64,000 nt of DNA, taken from contig JAQBRE010000002.1 in the NCBI GenBank assembly GCA_028286605.1, forward strand, positions 262,011 through 326,010. Reading direction: 5' to 3'. Positions 18,729 through 26,707 of this stretch are shown here, piece after piece. The notes under the pieces were generated by a model. That model was given only the letters and a program-made list of their open reading frames with translations, did not search any database and was not told the origin of the DNA. Position 1 is the first letter of the stretch. Every line of letters starts with the position of its first letter. The translations under genes and the position numbers were made by a program. The DNA is from Parcubacteria group bacterium (lineage in GTDB: Bacteria; Patescibacteriota; Minisyncoccia; Phycocordibacterales; Phycocordibacteraceae).

Positions 18729-18791
18729 TTGTCAAACACGACCTAGACGCTCGATTGTAGTTCGGACATCGTCCCAGACGGCCAGCTCGAC
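18729..18791 (+). repeat. junction repeat copy 6
   Basis: TTGTCAAACACGACCTAGACGCTCGATTGTAGTTCGGACATCGTCCCAGACGGCCAGCTCGAC. Confidence 0.95.
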
Positions 18792-18855
18792 GTACTTACG
18801 TATAAGTGGTATTCCAAGAGTGGAGCTACGGTTCCGTTCTTTTGCAATCGGAGAA

Positions 18856-19524
18856 ATGACCATGGTTACGACCGGGTATGACACTGTCGCTATTATTTCA
18901 GGGAAGATTCGGATTGATCCAACAACCTTTACGCCCACCGAATGGAAAACTATTATTGATGCTGCCATCAAAGAACTTACGATTGGGTACCTGAGTAATC
19001 TTGAAACAATTGGCCAACTTTTGCTGCCTAAGCGAGCTAACGAAATTAGCACTGAATATAACATATTCAATTTGCTTCATGTTGAACGTTCGTTTGACGA
19101 AAGTATTATGCATCCTGATTTCTTGAATCTCGGCACTCTTGTTGAGTTGCCTGACTGGAGAAGTTGGCCAAAAGCGTCAGCGCACAGTGATAGGTATGCT
19201 GAACTTTGCGAAACTATACTTACACTCAGGCGAGGCAAGCACGGCAGCACACATTTGGTACAAGTGGATATCTTCTGGTACCTCGAGGAAAGCCAGGCGG
19301 AGAGGAGATTGCAAGCCAAGCTGATCGTTATGCGCAACATCGTTGAAATTGATAAGCTCTTTGAGTCGCTCGGAACCACTGCATACCTTCGTGGGAAAAG
19401 AGTACTTTGGCAGCTGTATTCAGCACAAAAATCCACTCTTGCAAATATGAATCAGCGCGCAGCCGCTGCGCAAGAGGCCGCACAAAAGCTGGAGTCTTAT
19501 CTCACTCGAGCAGACATACTTTAG
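18856..19524 (+). CDS. hypothetical protein (possibly an older cassette)
   Basis: Long ORF, GGAG before ATG, followed by hairpin GGCCGCAG...CTGCGGCC. Confidence 0.7.
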   Translation: MTMVTTGYDTVAIISGKIRIDPTTFTPTEWKTIIDAAIKELTIGYLSNLETIGQLLLPKRANEISTEYNIFNLLHVERSFDESIMHPDFLNLGTLVELPDWRSWPKASAHSDRYAELCETILTLRRGKHGSTHLVQVDIFWYLEESQAERRLQAKLIVMRNIVEIDKLFESLGTTAYLRGKRVLWQLYSAQKSTLANMNQRAAAAQEAAQKLESYLTRADIL

Positions 19525-19597
19525 AAGTGGGGCCGCAGCTTGTCTGCGGCCTTTTCTATTTTGGTTCCCATCAACACCATCTTGTATACTTATATAT

Positions 19598-19909
19598 ATG
19601 GCCAAAACTATTTCTGGCGGCACGGTACATGATCTGCCAGCAGATGTACGAAAGGCGTTGAAAGCGGATCCTAAAGCTCTTGCGTTGTGGGAAGGTCTTA
19701 CGCCACTCGCACGTAATGAGTGGATTTGTTGGGCTATCTCCGTTAAGAAATCAGAAACGCGTCAGGAGCATATCGAACGAATATGCTCCGAGCTGAAAGA
19801 GGGAATGCGCCGCCCTTGCTGCTGGGTAGGTTGTATTCATCGGAAGGATAAATCATTAAGCCCTTCGCAAAAATACGTGCTTAGTAAACGGCCAAAAAGC
19901 AAGAAATAA
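19598..19909 (+). CDS. YdeI/OmpD-associated family protein
   Basis: LPADVRKAL...LTPLARNEWICW...GMRRPCCW. Confidence 0.85.
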   Translation: MAKTISGGTVHDLPADVRKALKADPKALALWEGLTPLARNEWICWAISVKKSETRQEHIERICSELKEGMRRPCCWVGCIHRKDKSLSPSQKYVLSKRPKSKK

Positions 19910-20062
19910 GAATCCTTAGTATCTAGATATAATTTCTCTATGGAAAGCGAATCCTATCTTCCGCTATATTACTGAGCGGCCGCAGATAAATACCTAAGCA
20001 TTCAGATAGTTTAAATGCAGTCTCAGGCGCCCGCCCGCTTGAGACTTGTTCGGTCTTCCTTT

Positions 20063-20539
20063 CTAACCCTGTCGTGCTGCGTCGATAGCGGCCACGTCAA
20101 TCTTCTGCATGGTCATCATCGCTTTGAACGCGCGCTCTGCTTCTGCGCCACCGATAGCAAATGCCTCAAGCAGCGTACGCGGTGTGATTTGCCATGAAAC
20201 TCCCCAGCGATCCTTGCACCATCCGCAGTCGCTTTCCACGCCGCCATTTCCAACGATCGCGTTCCAATAGCGATCCGTCTCTTCCTGGTCTTCCGTCGTG
20301 ATCTGAAAGGAAAATGCCTCACTTTGCTTAAACGTAGGGCCACCATTGAGACCGACGCAAGGGATTCCACAGACCGTGAACTCCACTGTCAGCGCGTCGC
20401 CCTTCTTTCCATCCGGAAACTCACCAGGCGCGTGAAAAACAGCGCCTACGGTACTATCGGGAAAAGTAGCTGCGTAAAACTTCGCTGCATCTTCCGCGTC
20501 CTTATTGAACCAGAGGCAAATTGTATTTTTCGATATCAT
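20063..20539 (-). CDS. VOC/PhnB-like protein
   Basis: ICLWFNKDAEDAAKFY, LNGGP, CGWCKDRWGVSWQI. Confidence 0.92.
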   Translation of the reverse strand: MISKNTICLWFNKDAEDAAKFYAATFPDSTVGAVFHAPGEFPDGKKGDALTVEFTVCGIPCVGLNGGPTFKQSEAFSFQITTEDQEETDRYWNAIVGNGGVESDCGWCKDRWGVSWQITPRTLLEAFAIGGAEAERAFKAMMTMQKIDVAAIDAARQG

Positions 20540-20558
20540 AGGTATGTATGTTACACCC

Positions 20559-21029
20559 TTACGCAGAGAGGAACCCATTCAGCTTCTCGAGCTGCTGCGT
20601 GAAGCCCATCTCCATACCTTGAACTGCCATTCCCGCCTTAGGGCCAGTCTTAAGGATAGCCGCTTTAACTTCAACTTTAGTCTTGCCATCGCTTTCAGAA
20701 AGAGTGATCTCGGTCGTCTGATCGATCGTAGTCTCTTCTTTCATACCTTCTGTCCATGCCTGCGCGGTATACGAAAGCTGGGACTCTGGCTCAACAACAG
20801 TGAACTGCGCGAGCATCGGCCACTTCGTACCTTTATACGGACCCATCGCTTCGCCTGCTTCCATCACGATATGAAATGTTCCCCCGACGCGAAGATCAAC
20901 TTCGCATTCAGGAATGCTCACATTGTCCGGACCCCACCACTGCTTCAATTCTTCAGGATCAGTCCATGCCTTCCATACGCGCGAGAGGGAAGCGTCATAA
21001 AGATGCACGAGAGTAATTTCTTTTTCCAT
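20559..21029 (-). CDS. SRPBCC/AHSA1-like domain protein
   Basis: VWKAWTDPEELKQWWGP...DLRVGG. Confidence 0.9.
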   Translation of the reverse strand: MEKEITLVHLYDASLSRVWKAWTDPEELKQWWGPDNVSIPECEVDLRVGGTFHIVMEAGEAMGPYKGTKWPMLAQFTVVEPESQLSYTAQAWTEGMKEETTIDQTTEITLSESDGKTKVEVKAAILKTGPKAGMAVQGMEMGFTQQLEKLNGFLSA

Positions 21030-21033
21030 ATGT

Positions 21034-21360
21034 TTATTTTTTATCTTCTAAGAATGTTCCTAATCTATCCAGTCTTCCTTCCCACAGCGCTCGATACTGT
21101 TCCAGATATTTGTCTGCCTGCTGCAGGCCGCCGGGCGAAAGCTCGACGCGTTGTTCACGGCCACGCTTATGCTTGCGCACGAGATTAGCCCGTTCAAGAA
21201 CCTGTATGTGTTTCGAGACTGCTGCGAACGTGAGGTCGTATCGTTGTGCTAATTCTCCGACCGAGTAATCCTGACGACGCAGCCTACGAAGCAAGTCGCG
21301 CCGTGTCGGGTCGGCAAGAGAAGAAAATATGGTGTCGAGCGGACTAGTATATTCAACCAT
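21034..21360 (-). CDS. ArsR-family transcriptional regulator
   Basis: FSSLADPTRRDLL...AVSKHIQVLERANLV. Confidence 0.92.
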   Translation of the reverse strand: MVEYTSPLDTIFSSLADPTRRDLLRRLRRQDYSVGELAQRYDLTFAAVSKHIQVLERANLVRKHKRGREQRVELSPGGLQQADKYLEQYRALWEGRLDRLGTFLEDKK

Positions 21361-21465
21361 ATAGTTGAATGATAGTGCAGGTTGATAACTGTGTCAATAC
21401 GCTCAATTCGAAGAACTTTCGTAGTTGTCTTATTCAGGATTCTGATTCAGTGATATGGTACGCAG

Positions 21466-22152
21466 ATGATAGTCACTAAGGACTTGCAGGTAGATATGCG
21501 CGGCGAACCTCTCTTCGAGAAGGTTAATATCGTTATACGTGCGGGCGAGCGCATCGGCGTGCTTGGCCCGAAGGCGAGCGATGTGACGCTTTTCTTCCAT
21601 GTCCTCGTTGGTGAAGCAGAAACGGATGCGGGAAAGGTACTGACCGAAGGAGAACGTGTGGTGTATGTTGATCGTGATACGCTACTCGGCGGTGATGAAT
21701 CGCTTGCGCGCGTGATGCACGCGCGCCCTACCTTTCTTCTTATCGACGCCACGAATCTGACTGCGAGCGCTAACGACCTCGAGCGTGCGAAACGTTTTAT
21801 AGAAAGCTTCCGCGGAGGAATTCTTATCGCAACAGATACTGCGCTGCTTATGAATGCCGCAAAGACCACTCGCGTGTTTGAAATACGCCCTTCGACCAAA
21901 ACTATCACTTCCTATACCGGAAGCTACGCTGCTTACTTGATTGAGAAAGAGAAGAACGATGCGAAGGAACTGGCCGCCTATGAGAAGCAGCAGAAAGAAA
22001 AGCGAAGACTTGAGGATTGGCTTACGAACAAGCGCATAGAAGCGTCGAACGACCGCTCGCCTGAAAAGGGTGCGACCATCCGCACCAAAGCAAAATATTT
22101 GCAGCGCGAGATCCTTGATAAGGAAATACCGAAGCCGAGCCAGTCTGAATAA
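21466..22152 (+). CDS. degenerate half ABC-F-like protein
   Basis: ABC-F N-domain layout with eroded Walker A/B and an intact YTGSYAAY plus charged linker helix. Confidence 0.7.
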   Translation: MIVTKDLQVDMRGEPLFEKVNIVIRAGERIGVLGPKASDVTLFFHVLVGEAETDAGKVLTEGERVVYVDRDTLLGGDESLARVMHARPTFLLIDATNLTASANDLERAKRFIESFRGGILIATDTALLMNAAKTTRVFEIRPSTKTITSYTGSYAAYLIEKEKNDAKELAAYEKQQKEKRRLEDWLTNKRIEASNDRSPEKGATIRTKAKYLQREILDKEIPKPSQSE

Positions 22153-22195
22153 ACTCACAGGAACTACATGCGCTAAAAAGGTATACTGGCCGCAT

Positions 22196-22921
22196 ATGAA
22201 AAAAGAAATAACTTTGAACGGCGTACCCGTATATCACACCTTTCCCGACGACGGCCAGAAGCATCCAGGCCTCATCGTTATCGAAGAGATCTGGGGCGTA
22301 ACCGACCACATAAAGGATGTGGCTGGTCGCTTTGCTGCGCAGGGCTATTCGGTTCTTTCGCCGGAACTCCTGCATGGCATGCCCTTTCTTGGAAAGGTAG
22401 ACCAGAGCGTGCTTGCAGACATGCAAGACCCCGAGAAGCGAGACGAAGCGCAGAAGAAACTGCGAACCGCCATGGCACCTGTTCAGGCGCCGGAATTCGC
22501 AGAAGGAGCCATCGCCGTACTGAAGGCCTGCGTTGATTATCTGATGGCAGACGAGAACGTAGATGGAAACGTCGGCGTCGTCGGATTCTGCTTCGGCGGT
22601 TCATACAGCTTCAAGCTGGCTTCAACCGATTCGCGCATCAAAGCAACGGTGCCATTCTATGGTCATGCGCCTTCAGCAGAGGAAGTAGAAACGATCACGG
22701 GCCCGGTCCTCGCGTTCTATGGAACGGAAGATGCCGCGCTCATGGAATCGCTTCCGAAGCTCAAAGAAGACATGGAGAAAGAAGGGAAGGAGTTTGAGGC
22801 TGTGGTCTTTGAAAACACAGGCCACGCATTCTTCAACGATACGAATGCACTTATGTATCGCCCAGGCCCTGCCGCAGAAGCATGGGATAAGACGCTTGCG
22901 TTCCTCGCGCATAATCTATAA
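22196..22921 (+). CDS. dienelactone hydrolase family protein
   Basis: EIWGV, GFCFGG nucleophile motif, GHAFFND. Confidence 0.93.
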   Translation: MKKEITLNGVPVYHTFPDDGQKHPGLIVIEEIWGVTDHIKDVAGRFAAQGYSVLSPELLHGMPFLGKVDQSVLADMQDPEKRDEAQKKLRTAMAPVQAPEFAEGAIAVLKACVDYLMADENVDGNVGVVGFCFGGSYSFKLASTDSRIKATVPFYGHAPSAEEVETITGPVLAFYGTEDAALMESLPKLKEDMEKEGKEFEAVVFENTGHAFFNDTNALMYRPGPAAEAWDKTLAFLAHNL

Positions 22922-22929
22922 TTACTGAT

Positions 22930-23382
22930 ATGAAATTCCTTACCGCATTCCTGGTTGCCCTTATTGGTTCAGTCGTCGTGAACGTTATTATCGTTTCTGT
23001 TCTTGGTCCGATGGTTACTAATCCTGCGATGCCGCTCATGGCGTTGACCATCATGCCTGTTGCTATGTTCACCGCCATCGGTGCAATTGGCGCGACGATC
23101 GTGTACGCGATCATGCGCGCAACGATGATGCGTCCGAACAAAGCATTCATCTGGCTCTCGGTCGTTGTATTCATCGTTTCGTGCTACCCCGATTACATGG
23201 TTATTGGTGCCGTCACTGGTCCGTTCGCTGGCGGTACGCTTGCTGATGCGCTCGTACTTATGCTCATGCACCTTGCTGCCGCGATCATCATTGTTTGGGC
23301 ACTCGTGAAGCTTTGGGGTAGCAGGACGGTGCTCACAAAAATACCAGGCATGCCAACGATGCCGGTTAATCCTCAGGCGTAA
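22930..23382 (+). CDS. membrane protein
   Basis: 4 TM segments, LMLMHL motif. Confidence 0.75.
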   Translation: MKFLTAFLVALIGSVVVNVIIVSVLGPMVTNPAMPLMALTIMPVAMFTAIGAIGATIVYAIMRATMMRPNKAFIWLSVVVFIVSCYPDYMVIGAVTGPFAGGTLADALVLMLMHLAAAIIIVWALVKLWGSRTVLTKIPGMPTMPVNPQA

Positions 23383-23403
23383 TAGCTTAACCAGAACTCT
23401 TCT

Positions 23404-23784
23404 ATGCTTACCGATTCTCACGCATACAGCGGTTTCTCCGTGAACGATATTGAAAAAGCAAACGAGTTCTATGGTACGACGCTTGGGCTTGATGTGGCAA
23501 AAATGCCTGAGGGTCTGAAGATCAATCTGCCAGGCGGCGGCATGACCTTCATTTATTTGAAGCCGGATCATGTGCCTGCTACGTTCACCATCCTTAACTT
23601 CGAGGTGAAGGATATCGATGCGACGGCAGATGAACTGGTGAAAGCAGGCGTAGTGCTTGAGCGGTATCCGAGTATGCATCAGGACGAGAAGGGAATCGCC
23701 CGCGGCAAAGCCGCGGGCATGGGGCCGGACATCGCGTGGTTCAAGGACCCTGCCGGCAACATTCTTTCAATAACTCATTCGTAA
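23404..23784 (+). CDS. VOC/glyoxalase family protein
   Basis: FSVNDIEKANEFY...AWFKDPAGNIL. Confidence 0.92.
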   Translation: MLTDSHAYSGFSVNDIEKANEFYGTTLGLDVAKMPEGLKINLPGGGMTFIYLKPDHVPATFTILNFEVKDIDATADELVKAGVVLERYPSMHQDEKGIARGKAAGMGPDIAWFKDPAGNILSITHS

Positions 23785-23787
23785 CCG

Positions 23788-24324
23788 ATGACTGATTCGC
23801 AGAGCGACCGCACCGAAGGGTATCATCTGTTTCTTGAGCCTTCAGGTGCGACGGCTGAATCATTGAAGGCAAGTATCGCAGCGCTTGCAGAAGAGTTCGG
23901 CGGACCGACATTTCCCCCACACGTTACGTTGTTGAGTGGTATTGCTACAGAGGAAGAAGAGGTGCTTATAGAGAAAACGGAACAGTTAGCTGCGCTAACT
24001 GTTCCGTTTTCTCTTACGCTTGGCGAAGCGGGAACCGAAGACGCATACTTCCGTGCACTCTATCTGAAGGTTCAGGAGTCAGAGGCGCTTGTTCTATTTC
24101 ATGCGCATGCGAGCGAACTCTTTTCCATGCAAGATGCATCTACGTTCATGCCGCACCTAAGCCTGCTCTATGGGAATTATCCGGAGGAACGCAAAAGAGC
24201 CGCGTTAGCGGCTCTTTTGGTGCCCGAAGGCAGTTTCTCGATTGATCGTATCAGTCTGTATCGCACGGAAGGCACGGTGGCCGACTGGCAGAAAGTAGCG
24301 GATCTATCCCTCGGAACGTACTGA
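23788..24324 (+). CDS. 2H phosphoesterase (cyclic phosphodiesterase/2'-5' RNA ligase family)
   Basis: Two HxT/S motifs: PHVTL and PHLSLLYG. Confidence 0.88.
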   Translation: MTDSQSDRTEGYHLFLEPSGATAESLKASIAALAEEFGGPTFPPHVTLLSGIATEEEEVLIEKTEQLAALTVPFSLTLGEAGTEDAYFRALYLKVQESEALVLFHAHASELFSMQDASTFMPHLSLLYGNYPEERKRAALAALLVPEGSFSIDRISLYRTEGTVADWQKVADLSLGTY

Positions 24325-24552
24325 TACGCCCGAGTGAGCGCCCTTGCCCTGAAGCAGCTTGCTCACGCGAGTCGCGTACGGACCTTTGAGGCTCTTCGTC
24401 ACCAAGAAAGCTAGCGTGTCCCCGATGCGGAGGTCCTTGAATGATACGCCCACGAGGTCGCTCGAATCGAAGAACAGCTCTTCCTTGGTACCGTCTTCTT
24501 TTATGAAGCCTGAACCGCGGTCGCTGAATTTTGTGATCTTTCCTGAGTGCAT
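24304..24552 (-). CDS. divergent cold-shock domain protein
   Basis: GKITKFSDRGSGFI...ELFF...KGPYATRV. Confidence 0.8.
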   Translation of the reverse strand: MHSGKITKFSDRGSGFIKEDGTKEELFFDSSDLVGVSFKDLRIGDTLAFLVTKSLKGPYATRVSKLLQGKGAHSGVSVRSEG

Positions 24553-24612
24553 AGTGGTTGTGCTAGTCCTGGTAATGAGAGACGAAAGGCGTCCTTGCGG
24601 ACGCCTTTTCGC

Positions 24613-24822
24613 TTAGACCTTGTGAACGTTGACGGCGTTCTTTTTGCCGTCACCCTTCTCACTGTCCTTAACTTCGAATTCGAGCGTATCTCCGACGTTG
24701 AGGTCTTCGATGCGAACGTTTACGAGGTCAGTTGCATGGAAGAAGAGATCCTTCTCCATACCATCAACTTTAATGAAGCCGAAGCCCTTATCGTTGATAC
24801 CTGCGATTGTTCCTTGTGTCAT
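24613..24822 (-). CDS. cold-shock domain protein
   Basis: KGFGFI (RNP1), DLFFH (RNP2). Confidence 0.92.
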   Translation of the reverse strand: MTQGTIAGINDKGFGFIKVDGMEKDLFFHATDLVNVRIEDLNVGDTLEFEVKDSEKGDGKKNAVNVHKV

Positions 24823-24983
24823 GATATATAAGACGATGCACCTGATAACGATCAAGTGCAGGAAAGGCTAAAAATTGGAGTTCGACTCGTTTTCTTCTGC
24901 CCCGCGCTGCGATTGATAAGGACAGTTTACAATTTTCAGGTTTATTTGTCAAACCCCGCCATTAGGTGCGCTATTATAGGCAT

Positions 24984-25142
24984 ATGAAACAGATGGTGTG
25001 GCTCGGAGGATTCGTCGGCTCGACGGCAGGCGGCTATATACCTGCGCTCTGGGGCGGCAGCCTTTTTTCCTTCTCCTCCATCATTCTGGGCGCTATAGGC
25101 GGAGCAGCAGGAATCATTATTGCCTGGAAGATGACGAATTAG
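24984..25142 (+). CDS. 52-aa Gly-rich membrane peptide (not in the ORF track)
   Basis: MKQMVWLGGFVGSTAGGYIPALWGGSLFSFSSIILGAIGGAAGIIIAWKMTN*, -10-like TATTAT just upstream. Confidence 0.65.
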   Translation: MKQMVWLGGFVGSTAGGYIPALWGGSLFSFSSIILGAIGGAAGIIIAWKMTN

Positions 25143-25147
25143 GTGGT

Positions 25148-25981
25148 ATGAGCTTGCGACCACTTAGAAAGAAGCATCACGTGCTGTATTACAGCCATCA
25201 CGGCCGGCCGCCTCGGCCGGTGCATATCGTGCATCGCTTCGCGATGCCTATCGTTGTACCGCTCTTGCTCGTGCTTGGCAGTGCTTTCATCGCCACCGGA
25301 TACTTCGTCGTGCCGAGTTCGTATGCGGCAGAAGGTGCGCGGTTGCTCGCTGCGCTCGGCGCGTCGCTTCTGCGTCTTCTCATCGCGTTCGTGCTCTCGC
25401 TGCTTGTTGGAATCCCGCTCGGCCTCTGGGCCGAGCGAAGCCGTCGCGCAGAAAGCATTCTTCTTCCCGTATTCGATGTACTGGAGTCGATGCCAGTGCT
25501 CGCATTCTTTCCCGTTATCATTTTGTTCTTCTTGCATGCAGGATTACTCGAAGGCGCAGCGATATTCATCATCTTCTTCAGCATGGTATGGAGCATCGCC
25601 TTCAGCGTAGTGGGCGGATTGAAACAGATTCCTGCAGATGTGAAAGCAGTGGGGAAGATCTTCGGACTCACGCGCTGGCAGCGCTTCCGTGAAATTCTGT
25701 TGCCTGCGCTCTTTCCGGCAACACTCACCGGTTCCATCCTCGCACTTGCTGCGGGTTGGAATATCGTGATCGTTTCGGAAGCATTGCACGCGTATTCGCC
25801 GCATGCCGCACAGGCGCACGACTTGTTCGGCCTGGGCAGCATCATCGTCGCGGCATCGGTAGGTGGCCAGAATGCACTGCTCGTTTCTGCGATGCTCCTT
25901 CTTGTGATTACTATCGCGCTGGTGAACCTGTTTATATGGCAGCCGCTTCTTGCGCATGCTGAGCGCTTTAAATTTGAATAA
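25148..25981 (+). CDS. ABC transporter permease (NitT/TauT type)
   Basis: BPD_transp layout; ESMPVLAFFP, GWNIVIVSE. Confidence 0.88.
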   Translation: MSLRPLRKKHHVLYYSHHGRPPRPVHIVHRFAMPIVVPLLLVLGSAFIATGYFVVPSSYAAEGARLLAALGASLLRLLIAFVLSLLVGIPLGLWAERSRRAESILLPVFDVLESMPVLAFFPVIILFFLHAGLLEGAAIFIIFFSMVWSIAFSVVGGLKQIPADVKAVGKIFGLTRWQRFREILLPALFPATLTGSILALAAGWNIVIVSEALHAYSPHAAQAHDLFGLGSIIVAASVGGQNALLVSAMLLLVITIALVNLFIWQPLLAHAERFKFE

Positions 25982-25982
25982 T

Positions 25983-26705
25983 ATGGAAGATTCCGCACCC
26001 ATCCTTTCGTTCGAGGCCGTATCCTTCGGATACGGCCCGCACCTGCCGTCCATACTCACCAATGTGAGCTTCATGCTGAAGCCCGATACCTTCACGGTTA
26101 TCGTCGGTCCTTCTGGCGGCGGCAAATCTACGCTGCTGCGTTTGGCATCGAGGCTCGACGTCCCTACGAGCGGCACGGTGAAAAATACCGCCCGCACGCG
26201 CATGATCTTCCAGAATGCGGCACTGCTTCCGTGGAAGACCGCACTTCAGAATGTACTCGTCGGCACGACGGATCTTCCTGGTACACCTGCAGAGAAAAAG
26301 GCGCGCGCTCTCGCTGCACTTGCTGAAATGAGTCTTACCGAACACGCGAACAAGACGCCACGCGAGCTTTCGGGCGGGCAGCGTCAGCGTGTGGGTATCG
26401 CACGTGCACTCGTTTCAGAGCCACAGTTCCTTCTTCTGGATGAACCGTTCTCTGCACTCGATTTCGAAACCGCAGAAAAGCTTTCACAGGAAGTACTCGC
26501 CATCTTCAACAAGAAGGGAATCACGATGCTCATGGTTTCGCATAGTATCGAAGATGCGGTGCTCCTTGCTGATGAAATCCTCGTCTGTGCGGGCGGCACG
26601 ATCGCGGATCACGTTGTCGTTCCCATGCCGCGTCCGCGCAATCGCACGGATGCGCAGGTTCTCGCGCTCATTGCGCAGGTACGGAAGTTCATTCCTGAAT
26701 CATAA
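25983..26705 (+). CDS. ABC transporter ATP-binding protein (NitT/TauT type)
   Basis: GPSGGGKST, LSGGQRQRV, LLDEPFSALD. Confidence 0.92.
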   Translation: MEDSAPILSFEAVSFGYGPHLPSILTNVSFMLKPDTFTVIVGPSGGGKSTLLRLASRLDVPTSGTVKNTARTRMIFQNAALLPWKTALQNVLVGTTDLPGTPAEKKARALAALAEMSLTEHANKTPRELSGGQRQRVGIARALVSEPQFLLLDEPFSALDFETAEKLSQEVLAIFNKKGITMLMVSHSIEDAVLLADEILVCAGGTIADHVVVPMPRPRNRTDAQVLALIAQVRKFIPES

Positions 26706-26707
26706 GC

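Larger units (their letters stand above)
14727..18791. mobile_element. tRNA-Gln-anchored tandem gene-cassette array (six units)
   Basis: CAGCT/CATCT cores at 14727, 15526, 16023, 16627, 17392, 18028, 18783; each core after the first is preceded by RGTTC exactly 24 bp upstream; one intact gene per unit. Confidence 0.8.

Noticed and set aside
15502-18791. CRISPR array interpretation of the ~30-bp repeats
   Set aside because: Spacers are about 470-770 bp and contain whole genes, the repeats are degenerate, and there are no cas genes.
15502-18791. Classical integron attC sites
   Set aside because: No RYYYAAC...GTTRRRY imperfect hairpin, no intI, genes lie in both orientations, and the array is anchored on a tRNA end.
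16576-19070. Minus-strand ORFs 16576-17118 and 18732-19070 as real paralogous genes
   Set aside because: They are antisense to better plus-strand genes and share only their last ~20 codons, which are the junction repeat.
25148-26705. ABC importer lacking a substrate-binding protein as a novel system
   Set aside because: The binding protein may be encoded elsewhere; this cannot be judged from one window.
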